Source: Pedosphaera sp.
GTDB taxonomy: Bacteria > Verrucomicrobiota > Verrucomicrobiia > Limisphaerales > SIBH01
NCBI GenBank assembly: GCA_031414955.1
Contig: JANOQV010000023.1
Span: 1 to 48,065 of the forward strand
DNA: 48,065 bases
Direction: 5' to 3'
Below, piece by piece: positions 35,639 through 44,898 of the stretch. Numbering within the stretch: the first letter of the stretch is position 1; each line of letters starts with the position of its first letter. The position numbers and the translations under genes are program-made. Below the pieces are notes generated by a model. That model worked only from the letters and a program-made list of their open reading frames with translations, was not told the origin of the DNA and did not search any database.

Positions 35639-37582
35639 ATGTTCTCACGAATTCACCAGCGCCATCACACGTACATCGCTTTCACTCTCGCGCTGCTTGC
35701 CGCCACGGCCTTCTCCTCTCGCGCGGACTGGCAGGTGATGACGGCGGGCGATCAGCGCCAATCGAAGCCGCCGAAGAAAATCGCCACCGGCACGCCCATC
35801 AAGCCCGGCGACCGCTGGCCCGCAGACCACAAGTTTCGCTGGCTGATCGGTGACTTGGAAATTCCCGAAATAGTCGGCAAGGAATCCTCCGCCGGCAAGA
35901 CCGTGGGACTGCAAATCAGCGTCGGCGATGGTGGGGAAGTCTGGTTGGGCGATGAACTTCAGTGTCGCTTCGACAACGATCATCCTGCCCTCGTGATTCT
36001 GGCGACCAATGCCACGCCCGGCACGAAGGTGCGCGTGGACGTGCAGGTCTATGGCAAGGTGCAGGGCGGCGACAAATTCGATCAGGCGAACTGGGTCGTC
36101 ATTGAGGCGAAGCGGGCGCTGCAACCGCTTCAGTTGATCGTCGATCCCCAGCGCGTGCTGGGCGTGGTGCCGGATGGGATCGTGGGATTGAGCCAGGGCG
36201 GGGTCGTCTCGGACTACGAGGATGCCACGGCCAAGAAGTTGCGCGAGGGCGGCTTCAAATGGTTCCGCATGGACAACATTTTCACCGGCGCGCTGAAGAA
36301 GAACAAGGAGACCGGCGAACTGACCAACGACTGGCGCGACTTCGACAAGCGCATCGATTTCATCCGCAAGATTGGTGCTGACCCCATCATGTGTGTCTCT
36401 TACATGCCACAGGTGCTCGACGCGGTGCCGAACAACGATCGCCAGAGCGCGCCCAAGGATTACGCGGCGTGGGAGGAACTTTGCTTCCAGGCTGCGAAAC
36501 ACAGCTTGGAGCGCGGCGCGCGCGTGCCGTTCTGGGAAGTGTGGAACGAGGTGAACACCGGCTGGCTCAAGCCCGGCCCAGACGACACGGGCAGCGAGGA
36601 GTTCCGTAAACTTTACTTCCAAGCGCTGGGCAAGGAGGACACGAACACGCTGACCATTCGCCGCTTCGAAGCTTACTGCAAACTCTACCGCGCTACGGCG
36701 CGCGGTATCTTGCGCGCCGATCCAACCGCCAGGATTGGCGGCCCGGCGCTGGCCAGCGGGCCGATGGAGAACTCGAAGGACTGCGGCCATTGCTCGCGCG
36801 GCCAGGGTTTCGCGAAGGGCTTGATGCTGTGGTGCGCGCAGGAAAAGCTGCCGCTCGATTTCGTGAGCTGGCACGAATACTTCCAACCGCCGGAGAAGAT
36901 CGCGAAGGAGGCCGACGTGTTCCGCACCTACTTGAAAGAGTTCCCGACGCTCCAGGAGAGTGTGAAGTCGTTCATGATCACCGAGTGGAACGAAGCGTGG
37001 TGGCCGGACCGGCCGCAAGATCACGAAGTCGGCGCGGCGTGGTGCGCCAACTCCATCACGCGCGCCTTCCTGCCGGCGCGCATCGACCGACCGTGCTTCT
37101 TCTACGTGAAGCAGGGCGACATGAACTTTCGCGGCGACTACAGCCTGCTCATGCAGGGCAACGTTCCAAAGGCCAGCTACAATGTGGCGAAGATTTTCAA
37201 CGGGTTGAGCGGCACGTTCATTTCTCTTGGCGTGGCAGGCGCGACCAGCGTCGCGAGTCCCAATTCTCTGGATGGCGATATTTCTGGCGTCGCGGTCTGG
37301 GATGCGGCGCGCAACCGCCTTGCCATCGTGCTGGTAAACTTCCGCGACCGCTACGCGCTGCGCCGGCCGGTGCAGTTAAACATCGCCGAGCTTCCGTCCG
37401 TGCTCCGCGACGGCTCATGGCAGGAGTGGACCATTGATGCCACGCACAGCAACGCCTGGCACGATCAGGGCAAGGCCGAGCTGTCGAAAACTCAGTCGGG
37501 TAAGGCGAGCGGAAGCAACTTCGTATGGGAGAAAACTTTGGGTGCGAACTCGGTCACTTTGATCGAGTTAAACCCGAAGTAA
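35639..37582 (+). CDS. Secreted glycoside hydrolase, GH39-like (clan GH-A)
   Basis: Signal peptide; WEVWNE acid/base, ARIGGPA, PLDFVSWHEY, ITEWN nucleophile. Confidence 0.8.
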   Translation: MFSRIHQRHHTYIAFTLALLAATAFSSRADWQVMTAGDQRQSKPPKKIATGTPIKPGDRWPADHKFRWLIGDLEIPEIVGKESSAGKTVGLQISVGDGGEVWLGDELQCRFDNDHPALVILATNATPGTKVRVDVQVYGKVQGGDKFDQANWVVIEAKRALQPLQLIVDPQRVLGVVPDGIVGLSQGGVVSDYEDATAKKLREGGFKWFRMDNIFTGALKKNKETGELTNDWRDFDKRIDFIRKIGADPIMCVSYMPQVLDAVPNNDRQSAPKDYAAWEELCFQAAKHSLERGARVPFWEVWNEVNTGWLKPGPDDTGSEEFRKLYFQALGKEDTNTLTIRRFEAYCKLYRATARGILRADPTARIGGPALASGPMENSKDCGHCSRGQGFAKGLMLWCAQEKLPLDFVSWHEYFQPPEKIAKEADVFRTYLKEFPTLQESVKSFMITEWNEAWWPDRPQDHEVGAAWCANSITRAFLPARIDRPCFFYVKQGDMNFRGDYSLLMQGNVPKASYNVAKIFNGLSGTFISLGVAGATSVASPNSLDGDISGVAVWDAARNRLAIVLVNFRDRYALRRPVQLNIAELPSVLRDGSWQEWTIDATHSNAWHDQGKAELSKTQSGKASGSNFVWEKTLGANSVTLIELNPK

Positions 37583-37586
37583 CACT

Positions 37587-37655
37587 GGAGCGATGAGCGT
37601 CGCTCGGCATTTTTTGAGCATGATGCCCTCGGAGCCGAGCAATGCTCGGCGCTCC
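37587..37655. repeat. Short REP doublet (GGAGCGCCGAGC-type) between convergent genes
   Basis: Arms at 37587-37608 / 37634-37655; the right arm differs by 1 nt from 25954-25975. Confidence 0.75.
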
Positions 37656-37661
37656 TCCCGC

Positions 37662-39350
37662 TCACTTCACCACCATGTTCGAGAACGGCGCGACGTAGGC
37701 CTGGAGGAAGACCAGAATCCCCACGAGGACTGCCAGCACGATGCTGTGGAAGAAGACGTAGCGCAGGATGCTGCCTTCGTGCCCGTACCAGTTCGTGGCC
37801 GTGCTGGCCACGACGATGCTCTGCGCATCGACCATCTTGCCCATGACGCCGCCGGAACTGTTCGCCGCTGCCATGAGAATCGGACTCACGCCCGCCTGCT
37901 CCGCGCTGATCTTTTGCAGGCTGCCGAAGAGGACGTTCGAGGCCGTGTCGGATCCCGTCAGCGCCACCCCCAACCAGCCGAGCAGCGTGCCGAAGAATGG
38001 ATAGAGCGAGCCAGTCCGGGCCAGCGCGAGGCCGAGCGTGGCGTCGGTGCCGGAATACTTGGTCACGTAGCCGAGCGCCAGCATGGCAGCGATGGTGATG
38101 AGCGAGAAGCGCACCTTCCAGATCGTGGCCAAATAAGTTTGCGCCAGGGCGCGCGGGCCGAAGCCCATGATCAAACCGGAGAGCAGCGCGGCGAGCAGAA
38201 TGCCGGTGCCGGTGGCGGAGAGCCAGTTGAGGGTGAAGACGGCTTTCTCTGGCGCGGTGTTCGTGCCGGCCACTTGCGGGCCACGCTTCACCTGGTTGTG
38301 CAGGGCCGGGACGTGAAAGTCGATTTTCGTCAACTGGGGCCCAGACTTGTAGATTTGGTTTCCGCTTACGACCACTCGTTCGCCGTTCAAGAATCGTTTC
38401 ACCTTCGGCACCCCCCAGATGAACACGAATACGCTGAGCAGAACCCACGGCATCCAGGCGCGGGTGATTTGGCTCCTCGAATACGCGGGCGTGGCTGCGG
38501 TGCTGGCCGTCCCGGAGTCCGGCAACTTCCAAATTTCTCGCGGCCGCCAGAACTTGAGCAGCGCGACGAGCGCAATCATGGAACAGATCGAGGCGATGAT
38601 GTCCACCAGCCACGGCCCGTGGAAGTTCGAGACGAGAAACTGCGGCACCGCGAAGGCGACGCCCGCCACCAGCGCGGCCGGCCACACGCCGAGCATCCCG
38701 CGCCAGCCCGCCAAGGCCCACACGACCCAGAACGGAACGATGAGGGAGAAGAAGGGGAGTTGTCGCCCGACCATTGCGGACAACTTGTGCTCGTCGATGC
38801 CCGTGACGCCGGCCAGCGCGAGGATGGGCGTGCCGAGCGCACCGAAGGCCACGGGCGCGGTGTTGGCGATGAGCGACAGGCCGGAGGCGGCCAGCGGCTT
38901 GAAGCCGAGTTGAATCAGGATCGCCGCCGTGACGGCGACCGGCGTGCCGAAGCCCGCCGCGCCCTCGAAGAACGCACCGAACGAAAACGCGATGAGAATC
39001 ACCTGCACGCGCGGGTCGGGCGCGATGGTGGCAAGATTACCGCGCAGCACGTCGAACAGGCCTTTGTTCACCGTGAGTTGGTAGAGAAAGATCAGGTTGA
39101 GAATGATCCAGCCGATGGGCATGAGGCCGTAGGCTGCGCCGTAAACGGCCGTCGCGGCCGCTGCCTGGCCGGGCATGTGAAACACGCCGACCGCGACGAT
39201 CAGTGACACGGCCAAGCCGATGAGCGCGGCGAAGTGGATCTGGATCTTCAGGAAGGCAATGGTGCCCAGCAGCACCACCACCGGTACCGCCGCCACGAGC
39301 GTGGAAAGCAGCACGTTGTTCAGCGGATCGTAGTTCTGTTCCCAGATCAT
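37662..39350 (-). CDS. L-lactate/glycolate permease (LctP family)
   Basis: WEQNYDP, FFEGAAGFGTPVA, NTAPVAFGALG, TGSDTASNVLFG, NSSGGVMGKM. Confidence 0.95.
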   Translation of the reverse strand: MIWEQNYDPLNNVLLSTLVAAVPVVVLLGTIAFLKIQIHFAALIGLAVSLIVAVGVFHMPGQAAAATAVYGAAYGLMPIGWIILNLIFLYQLTVNKGLFDVLRGNLATIAPDPRVQVILIAFSFGAFFEGAAGFGTPVAVTAAILIQLGFKPLAASGLSLIANTAPVAFGALGTPILALAGVTGIDEHKLSAMVGRQLPFFSLIVPFWVVWALAGWRGMLGVWPAALVAGVAFAVPQFLVSNFHGPWLVDIIASICSMIALVALLKFWRPREIWKLPDSGTASTAATPAYSRSQITRAWMPWVLLSVFVFIWGVPKVKRFLNGERVVVSGNQIYKSGPQLTKIDFHVPALHNQVKRGPQVAGTNTAPEKAVFTLNWLSATGTGILLAALLSGLIMGFGPRALAQTYLATIWKVRFSLITIAAMLALGYVTKYSGTDATLGLALARTGSLYPFFGTLLGWLGVALTGSDTASNVLFGSLQKISAEQAGVSPILMAAANSSGGVMGKMVDAQSIVVASTATNWYGHEGSILRYVFFHSIVLAVLVGILVFLQAYVAPFSNMVVK

Positions 39351-39407
39351 GGTGTTGCGCTGGATGAGAGATGATTTGTCCGCGCCAAGGCAACTGAGTT
39401 TTCTCGC

Positions 39408-40697
39408 TTACGACCGTGGGCGTTGCTCCAAGAAGTCCGCGATGTGGGTCACTTCGATATGTTCCGCCCCGGCCTTCTTCAATCCGGCCCGAATCTGGAG
39501 GATGCAGCCGGGGTTGGTCGTGACGACGACCTGCGCGCCGGTCTTGAGAATGTTCTCCGTCTTGCGCCGCTGCAATCGCTCCGCCATCTCCGGCTCGGTG
39601 AGGTTGTAGCTGCCCGCGCTGCCGCAGCAGATTTCCGATTCTGGCAACTCGACGAAGTGCGTTCCCACAGAGGCCTTGATCAGATCGCGCGGCTGTTTGG
39701 TGATGCGCTGCGCGTGGCAGAGGTGGCAGGCGTCGTGGTAGGTGACGACCTTGGACGTTGGACGTTGGACCTTGGACTTCTCCAACACTTCCGTGAGGTC
39801 TTTGACTTTCGCGCTGAACGCTTCCGCCCGCTCCGCCCACACCGGATCGTCTTTCAGCAGGTGACCGTATTCCTTGAGCGTGGAGCCGCAGCCGGCAGCG
39901 TTGATGATAATGGCGTCGAGGTTCTGCTGGTCGAAGGCGGCAATGTTGTGCCGGGCGCAGGCGCGAGCTGCTTCGAGGTTGCCACCGTGAGCGTGGAGCG
40001 CGCCGCAGCAGCCTTGCTCGCGCGGGGTGATCACGTCGCAGCCGGTGTGATTCAAGAGCTTCACGCTGGCCTCGTTCGTCGCGCCGAAGAGCACGTTCAT
40101 CACGCAGCCACGGATGAAGCCGACGCGTTTCGGAGCGCCGGTCTCCGAGCCGGAATATTTATCGGCTTGGGCCGGTTTGGGAATCGGCGTTCCCGCAGAG
40201 AATTCCGGCCACGCCCCCTCTCGCGCGGTCGCCGGGATCAAGGCCAGTGCCTCGCGCGCGAACTTTGGCAACAGCGCCTCCGCGCGGATCGCGCGAATCA
40301 ACTTTGCGGGGAGCAAGGCCAGCTTCATCCGCGTGTGGAACGGAAAAACTTTCTCGATGGCCACGCGGCGCAGGAATTTCTGCCACGGCGAGCGCTGGTA
40401 ATGTTGCTCGAGGTGCTCGCGCGTTCCTTCCAACAGCTCGCCATACTGCACGCCGCTGGGGCAGGCCGATTCACAGGCGCGGCAACCGAGGCAAAGGTCG
40501 ATGTGCCGCACCGAGACGTCGTTCAATGGCGTCCGTCCGTCTTGGATGGCGCGCATTAGATAAATGCGCCCGCGCGGCGAGTCGTTCTCGTTGCCGGTTT
40601 CGAGATACGTGGGACAGGCGGAGAGGCAGAGTCCACAATGAACGCAGGCCAGCGATTTCTTCTCGTCGATGAATCTGTCTGGTGCGGCGGTGCTCAT
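39408..40697 (-). CDS. glcF: Glycolate oxidase iron-sulfur subunit
   Basis: CVHCGLCLSACPTY..SPRGRI, CLGCRACESACPSGV, two CCG domains, YHDACHL. Confidence 0.92.
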   Translation of the reverse strand: MSTAAPDRFIDEKKSLACVHCGLCLSACPTYLETGNENDSPRGRIYLMRAIQDGRTPLNDVSVRHIDLCLGCRACESACPSGVQYGELLEGTREHLEQHYQRSPWQKFLRRVAIEKVFPFHTRMKLALLPAKLIRAIRAEALLPKFAREALALIPATAREGAWPEFSAGTPIPKPAQADKYSGSETGAPKRVGFIRGCVMNVLFGATNEASVKLLNHTGCDVITPREQGCCGALHAHGGNLEAARACARHNIAAFDQQNLDAIIINAAGCGSTLKEYGHLLKDDPVWAERAEAFSAKVKDLTEVLEKSKVQRPTSKVVTYHDACHLCHAQRITKQPRDLIKASVGTHFVELPESEICCGSAGSYNLTEPEMAERLQRRKTENILKTGAQVVVTTNPGCILQIRAGLKKAGAEHIEVTHIADFLEQRPRS

Positions 40698-41539
40698 GAT
40701 TTGAACTCCGGCAGAAGGTTCTTGGGATCGTAGGCGGCCTTGACTCGGCGCATCAATTCGGCGGGCAAGGCTTGATCCGGGCCGACAGATTCACCGCGGT
40801 AGTAGATCGTCCCATTGCCCGCGCGCGCGACGAAGGGGCGGTTGCCCAGTTTCGCGATGCCTTCCATCAGTCGCGAGGGCCGGCTGGAGAATCGCCGCAC
40901 TGGCTCGGAGTCGTTCCAAAACGCGGCTTCGTAATCAAGCGTCGTTGCGGCTTGAAACCCCAAGTCCGCCGCGAGCGCGGACTGCCATTCGACTTCCTCC
41001 CGCGTCCCGGCCAGGCCAATCACCAGCGTCACTTCGGGGAGGCCGTCCTGACGGTGCAGATCGAGCAACACGGGCGTGAGTTCAGAATTCAGAACAGAGC
41101 GGATGGCCTGGGTTGCTTCAGTGATCGCAAAGCGCGCGCCGATGATGTGCTCTACTTCGGGCAACGGCCGCAGCTTGAACGTCGCCTCAACGATTGTGCC
41201 CAGGGTGCTGCGCGCGCCGATGAAAAGTTTCGCGAGGTCATAGCCCGCCACATTTTTCACCACCTTGCCGCCGGACTTGATCGTGCGTCCATCCGCCAGT
41301 GCGACCTTCATCCCGATGAGATGCTCGCGAATGGTTCCGCAGCCGAACCGTCGCGGACCGCTCAGATTCTGCGCCAGCACATCGTGGATTGAAGTCGTCT
41401 CCGCGTTGGGCGGATCGAGAGGCAGCCATTGCCGATGCCTCGCCAGTTCCCTCTGCAACGCCCCAAGCGTCAGGCCGCTCTCCACCGTCACGGTCATGTC
41501 CTCCGGTGTGAGTTCCAGCACACGCGTTCGTGAAGTCAA
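40694..41539 (-). CDS. glcE: Glycolate oxidase FAD-binding subunit
   Basis: PEDMTVTVESG, SGPRRF..G, GGKVVKNVAGYDL.KLFIG..TLG, KAAYDP; start uncertain (TTG 41539 or ATA 41560). Confidence 0.85.
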   Translation of the reverse strand: MTSRTRVLELTPEDMTVTVESGLTLGALQRELARHRQWLPLDPPNAETTSIHDVLAQNLSGPRRFGCGTIREHLIGMKVALADGRTIKSGGKVVKNVAGYDLAKLFIGARSTLGTIVEATFKLRPLPEVEHIIGARFAITEATQAIRSVLNSELTPVLLDLHRQDGLPEVTLVIGLAGTREEVEWQSALAADLGFQAATTLDYEAAFWNDSEPVRRFSSRPSRLMEGIAKLGNRPFVARAGNGTIYYRGESVGPDQALPAELMRRVKAAYDPKNLLPEFKS

Positions 41540-41594
41540 ATCGACGCGTAAGGAGTTTATCTTTGCCTCCCTTCACGTCGAAGACTGCCTGAAG

Positions 41595-41680
41595 TGGTAG
41601 GGCGCGGAGTCCCCACCGCGCCGCGAATGTGCGAAGGCGTTCGGTTTGCTGCGACGCGGTGGGGACACCTCGCCCTACCA
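41595..41680. repeat. GTAG-type REP doublet between glcD and glcE
   Basis: TGGTAGGGCGCGGAGTCCCCACCGCGCCGC (41595-41624) vs 41651-41680, 3 mismatches. Confidence 0.8.
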
Positions 41681-41741
41681 GCGTGCTGGTTTTCCCCGAT
41701 GCTTCGTTGAATCTGTTGCGCTTTCACGATGCCTTTCCCGC

Positions 41742-43193
41742 TCATGCCGCCGCCTGTTTCTTCATTTGAAAATCCCCGCAGCGTTTCGAGCCGGGGAACA
41801 TTTTGTGCGGGTTGCAACGATTCTCCGGGTCGAAGACTTTGCGCAGCGCCTTCATGGCGTCGAGGTCGTCCGCCGAGAACTGCTTGGCCATAAAGTCCAT
41901 CTTCTGCACGCCGATGCCGTGTTCGCCGCTCACGCTGCCGCCCATCTCGATGCACTTCTCCAGAATCTCATGGCCGGCCGCGAGCGCGCGTTCCACTTGC
42001 GAAGGATCGCGTTCATCATACAAGACCAAGGGATGAATGTTGCCGTCGCCAGCGTGGAAGACATTGGCGATGCGCAATTGATACTTGGCGCTGGTCGCGA
42101 TGACAAACCGCATCACCTCCGGTAATTTGGAGCGCGGCACCACGCCATCTTCCGTGAGGTAATTGGGGCTGAGCCGGCCAATCGCCCCGAAGGCCCGCTT
42201 GCGACATTTCCAGAGCAGGGCGCGTTCCTCATCGGTCTTCGCCAATCGCACTTCGCGGGCGCGATTTGCGCGGCAGATGTCGAGCACGCGTTCCGCTTGC
42301 GCATCCAATCCCGCCGCGAGTCCATCCAGTTCCACGATGAGCACAGCACCGGCGTCGAGGGGAAAACCAAATTGATACGCGGCTTCCACGGCTTGCGTGA
42401 TGAGTTGGTCCATCATCTCGATGGCCCCGGGCACAATGCCCGCAGCAATGATGTCGCTCACGGTCTGGCTCGCGTCATCCACGCTTTCGAAGACGCCCAG
42501 CATGGTCTTGTAAGCCTGCGGTGCGCGGACCAACCGCACCAGCACGCGGGTCACCACGCCGAACATGCCTTCACTGCCAATCACCACGCCGCGCAAGTCG
42601 TAGCCATCGACGTCCTCGCCGCCATCGGTCGTGGTGCCGAGCCACACGACTTCGCCATCGGGCAGCACGAGTTCGAGACCGAGCACATGATTGGTGGTCA
42701 CGCCGTATTTCAAGGTGTGCGGGCCGCCCGAATTCGTGGCCACGTTCCCGCCGATGGTGCAGGCGGACTGGCTCGACGGATCAGGTGCATAATACAGCCC
42801 GCGACTCTTCACCGCGTTCGTGATCCAGGCATTCACGCAGCCGGCCTCGACGAGCGCGCGGCGGTTTTCGTAATCCACGCTCAGGACTTTGTTCATCCGC
42901 GTGAGGGCAATCATCACTCCACCCGCGACCGGCAGCACCGCGCCGCTGAGACTCGTGCCCGCGCCGCGAGGAATGATGGGAATTTTTTCGCGCGCGCAGA
43001 GTTTCACCACGGACACGACCTGTTCCGTCGAGCGCGGCAGCACTACGGCCTGGGGCTGGTTCTTCTCCATGGTGAACGCGTCGCATTCATACACGAGCAA
43101 CTCGTCCGTGTGCGAGATGACGCCATCCGCGCCGACGAGGCGGCGCAATTCCGCGAGGAACGCACCGGAGATTTCCTTGATGGTGGCTGACAC
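41742..43193 (-). CDS. glcD: Glycolate oxidase FAD-linked subunit
   Basis: YECDA, RGAGTSLSG, YAPDPSSQSACTIGGNVATNSGGPHTLKYG, GSEG, HAGDGNIH, SGEHGIG. Confidence 0.93.
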   Translation of the reverse strand: MSATIKEISGAFLAELRRLVGADGVISHTDELLVYECDAFTMEKNQPQAVVLPRSTEQVVSVVKLCAREKIPIIPRGAGTSLSGAVLPVAGGVMIALTRMNKVLSVDYENRRALVEAGCVNAWITNAVKSRGLYYAPDPSSQSACTIGGNVATNSGGPHTLKYGVTTNHVLGLELVLPDGEVVWLGTTTDGGEDVDGYDLRGVVIGSEGMFGVVTRVLVRLVRAPQAYKTMLGVFESVDDASQTVSDIIAAGIVPGAIEMMDQLITQAVEAAYQFGFPLDAGAVLIVELDGLAAGLDAQAERVLDICRANRAREVRLAKTDEERALLWKCRKRAFGAIGRLSPNYLTEDGVVPRSKLPEVMRFVIATSAKYQLRIANVFHAGDGNIHPLVLYDERDPSQVERALAAGHEILEKCIEMGGSVSGEHGIGVQKMDFMAKQFSADDLDAMKALRKVFDPENRCNPHKMFPGSKRCGDFQMKKQAAA

Positions 43194-43359
43194 AGGCGCA
43201 GCCTAGCAGGGAAGTTTTTGGAAATGAAGCGTCACGGTTTTGGACAGACTTTACCCGCCAGCTTCACTCCTGCGCGCTGGAACTGGGTTTTTCCTCACCA
43301 GTGGTCCGTGTAAAAATTTGGATTCAGGAATCCGGGTTCTCTGCTTATCCTGCGCCCAC

Positions 43360-44718
43360 ATGAAATCCACCACTCGTGATGGCGTCTTGCGCGGCGGCCC
43401 GGCCGGGTTGATTCGCCTGTTGATTCTGGCGGCCGGCATCGTGTCGGCGTATCTGCTTTCGGTGTCGTTGAGCGGCGGGCGGGCGATGGGTTGCGGGCCG
43501 GGTTCGGGTTGTGACGAAGTGCTCGGGTCGCGTTGGGCTTACGCGCTGGGGGTGCCGGTAAGCGTTCTGGCGCTGGTCGTCGATCTGGCGCTGCTGGTGA
43601 CCACGTTTTCTTGCGGGCCGAAGTCCACGCCGAAGCAACGCCGGGGCGCTTGGGAACTCATGGTGCCGGGCGCGGTGCTTTTGTTAGGCGGGGCGCTTTG
43701 GTTCACGGCCTTGCAGGCGGTAGTCTTGCATCGCTTTTGTCCGTGGTGCCTGGCGGCGCACACCTGCGGCGCGGTGGCGGCGATTCTCTTGCTGACCCGC
43801 GTGCCTCTTACTGATTCAACCGATCGTCGGGACAAGGATCCGGCGGTGCCGCGGTCCCGCGCCTTGAAAGCGGCCGTCCTGGCCATGTTCGCCTTGGCGG
43901 TGCTGGGTGTGGCGCAGGTGGCCATCGCGCCGAAGACCTACGAAGTGACCAGCGTTCCCAATCTTCCCGGCCCGCTGTCCGCCACCCAAAACATGGCCGA
44001 CGCGGCACCCGCTTCTTTGCCGAGGACGACTCTGCCGCTGGCGGCGAAGACCCCCATCATCATGACCAACCCGCCCGCGCAAGTCGCGGCGGCGCGGGCC
44101 GTCCTGGAGGGCAGGTCGATGAGCCTGCTCGGCGGACGATTTCAACTGGATATTTCTCAAGCGCCGATGTGGGGTCCGACGAACGCACCGCACAAGATGG
44201 TGAGCCTCTTCGATTATACCTGTTACCACTGTCGCGACATGCACCCGGTGCTGACCAACGTGTATCACCAGTTCAGCGAACAGCTCGCCATCGTGAGTCT
44301 GCCCATGCCGCTCGACGCGCAGTGCAACCACCTCATGCGCCTCACGCCCAAGGCTCATACCAACGCCTGTGTTTACGCCAGGGTGGGGCTGATCGTCTGG
44401 CGGGCGAAGCACGATGCCGTCCTCGATTACGACGACTGGTTCTTCAGCTTCAAGGATCCGCCGACGCTCCAGGACGTGACTAACAAGGCGGTGGCCCTCG
44501 TGGGCTCCGCCGCCTTCGCCGCTGCGGCGCGCGATCCCTGGGTGGACTTGCAACTTGGTCGGAGTGTCGATCTCTATGTGATGAACGCGCGGGAGTTCAA
44601 GAATGGCCAGATGCCGCAGTTCCTGATCGGTACCAATGTGGCGACTGGAACTCTGACCGTCGACCAACTCCGGGCGGTGGTGGAGAAAAGCGTGCGGCTC
44701 AAGCCGGCCGTCCCCTGA
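43360..44718 (+). CDS. Vitamin K epoxide reductase family protein fused to a DsbA-like thioredoxin domain
   Basis: C.....C..VL.S.W loop, CPWC in the TM region, Pro-rich linker, FDYTCYHC thioredoxin motif. Confidence 0.88.
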   Translation: MKSTTRDGVLRGGPAGLIRLLILAAGIVSAYLLSVSLSGGRAMGCGPGSGCDEVLGSRWAYALGVPVSVLALVVDLALLVTTFSCGPKSTPKQRRGAWELMVPGAVLLLGGALWFTALQAVVLHRFCPWCLAAHTCGAVAAILLLTRVPLTDSTDRRDKDPAVPRSRALKAAVLAMFALAVLGVAQVAIAPKTYEVTSVPNLPGPLSATQNMADAAPASLPRTTLPLAAKTPIIMTNPPAQVAAARAVLEGRSMSLLGGRFQLDISQAPMWGPTNAPHKMVSLFDYTCYHCRDMHPVLTNVYHQFSEQLAIVSLPMPLDAQCNHLMRLTPKAHTNACVYARVGLIVWRAKHDAVLDYDDWFFSFKDPPTLQDVTNKAVALVGSAAFAAAARDPWVDLQLGRSVDLYVMNAREFKNGQMPQFLIGTNVATGTLTVDQLRAVVEKSVRLKPAVP

Positions 44719-44898
44719 GCGCGGGTTCAGGTTGGCGACCGGGCGAGCGAGTCTTGGTGGCTTGCCCGCATCGAACCTGTCGCCCGCGCGCCGGAGTGGG
44801 GAAAGCCTCTGCCTCGCTCCGGTTGGGCGCTGGTCAAGGCAGCATCAGGAATCATTGCAACCGCCGGGCGTTGGCTCTCCATCCGTTCCGGCCCGCGC

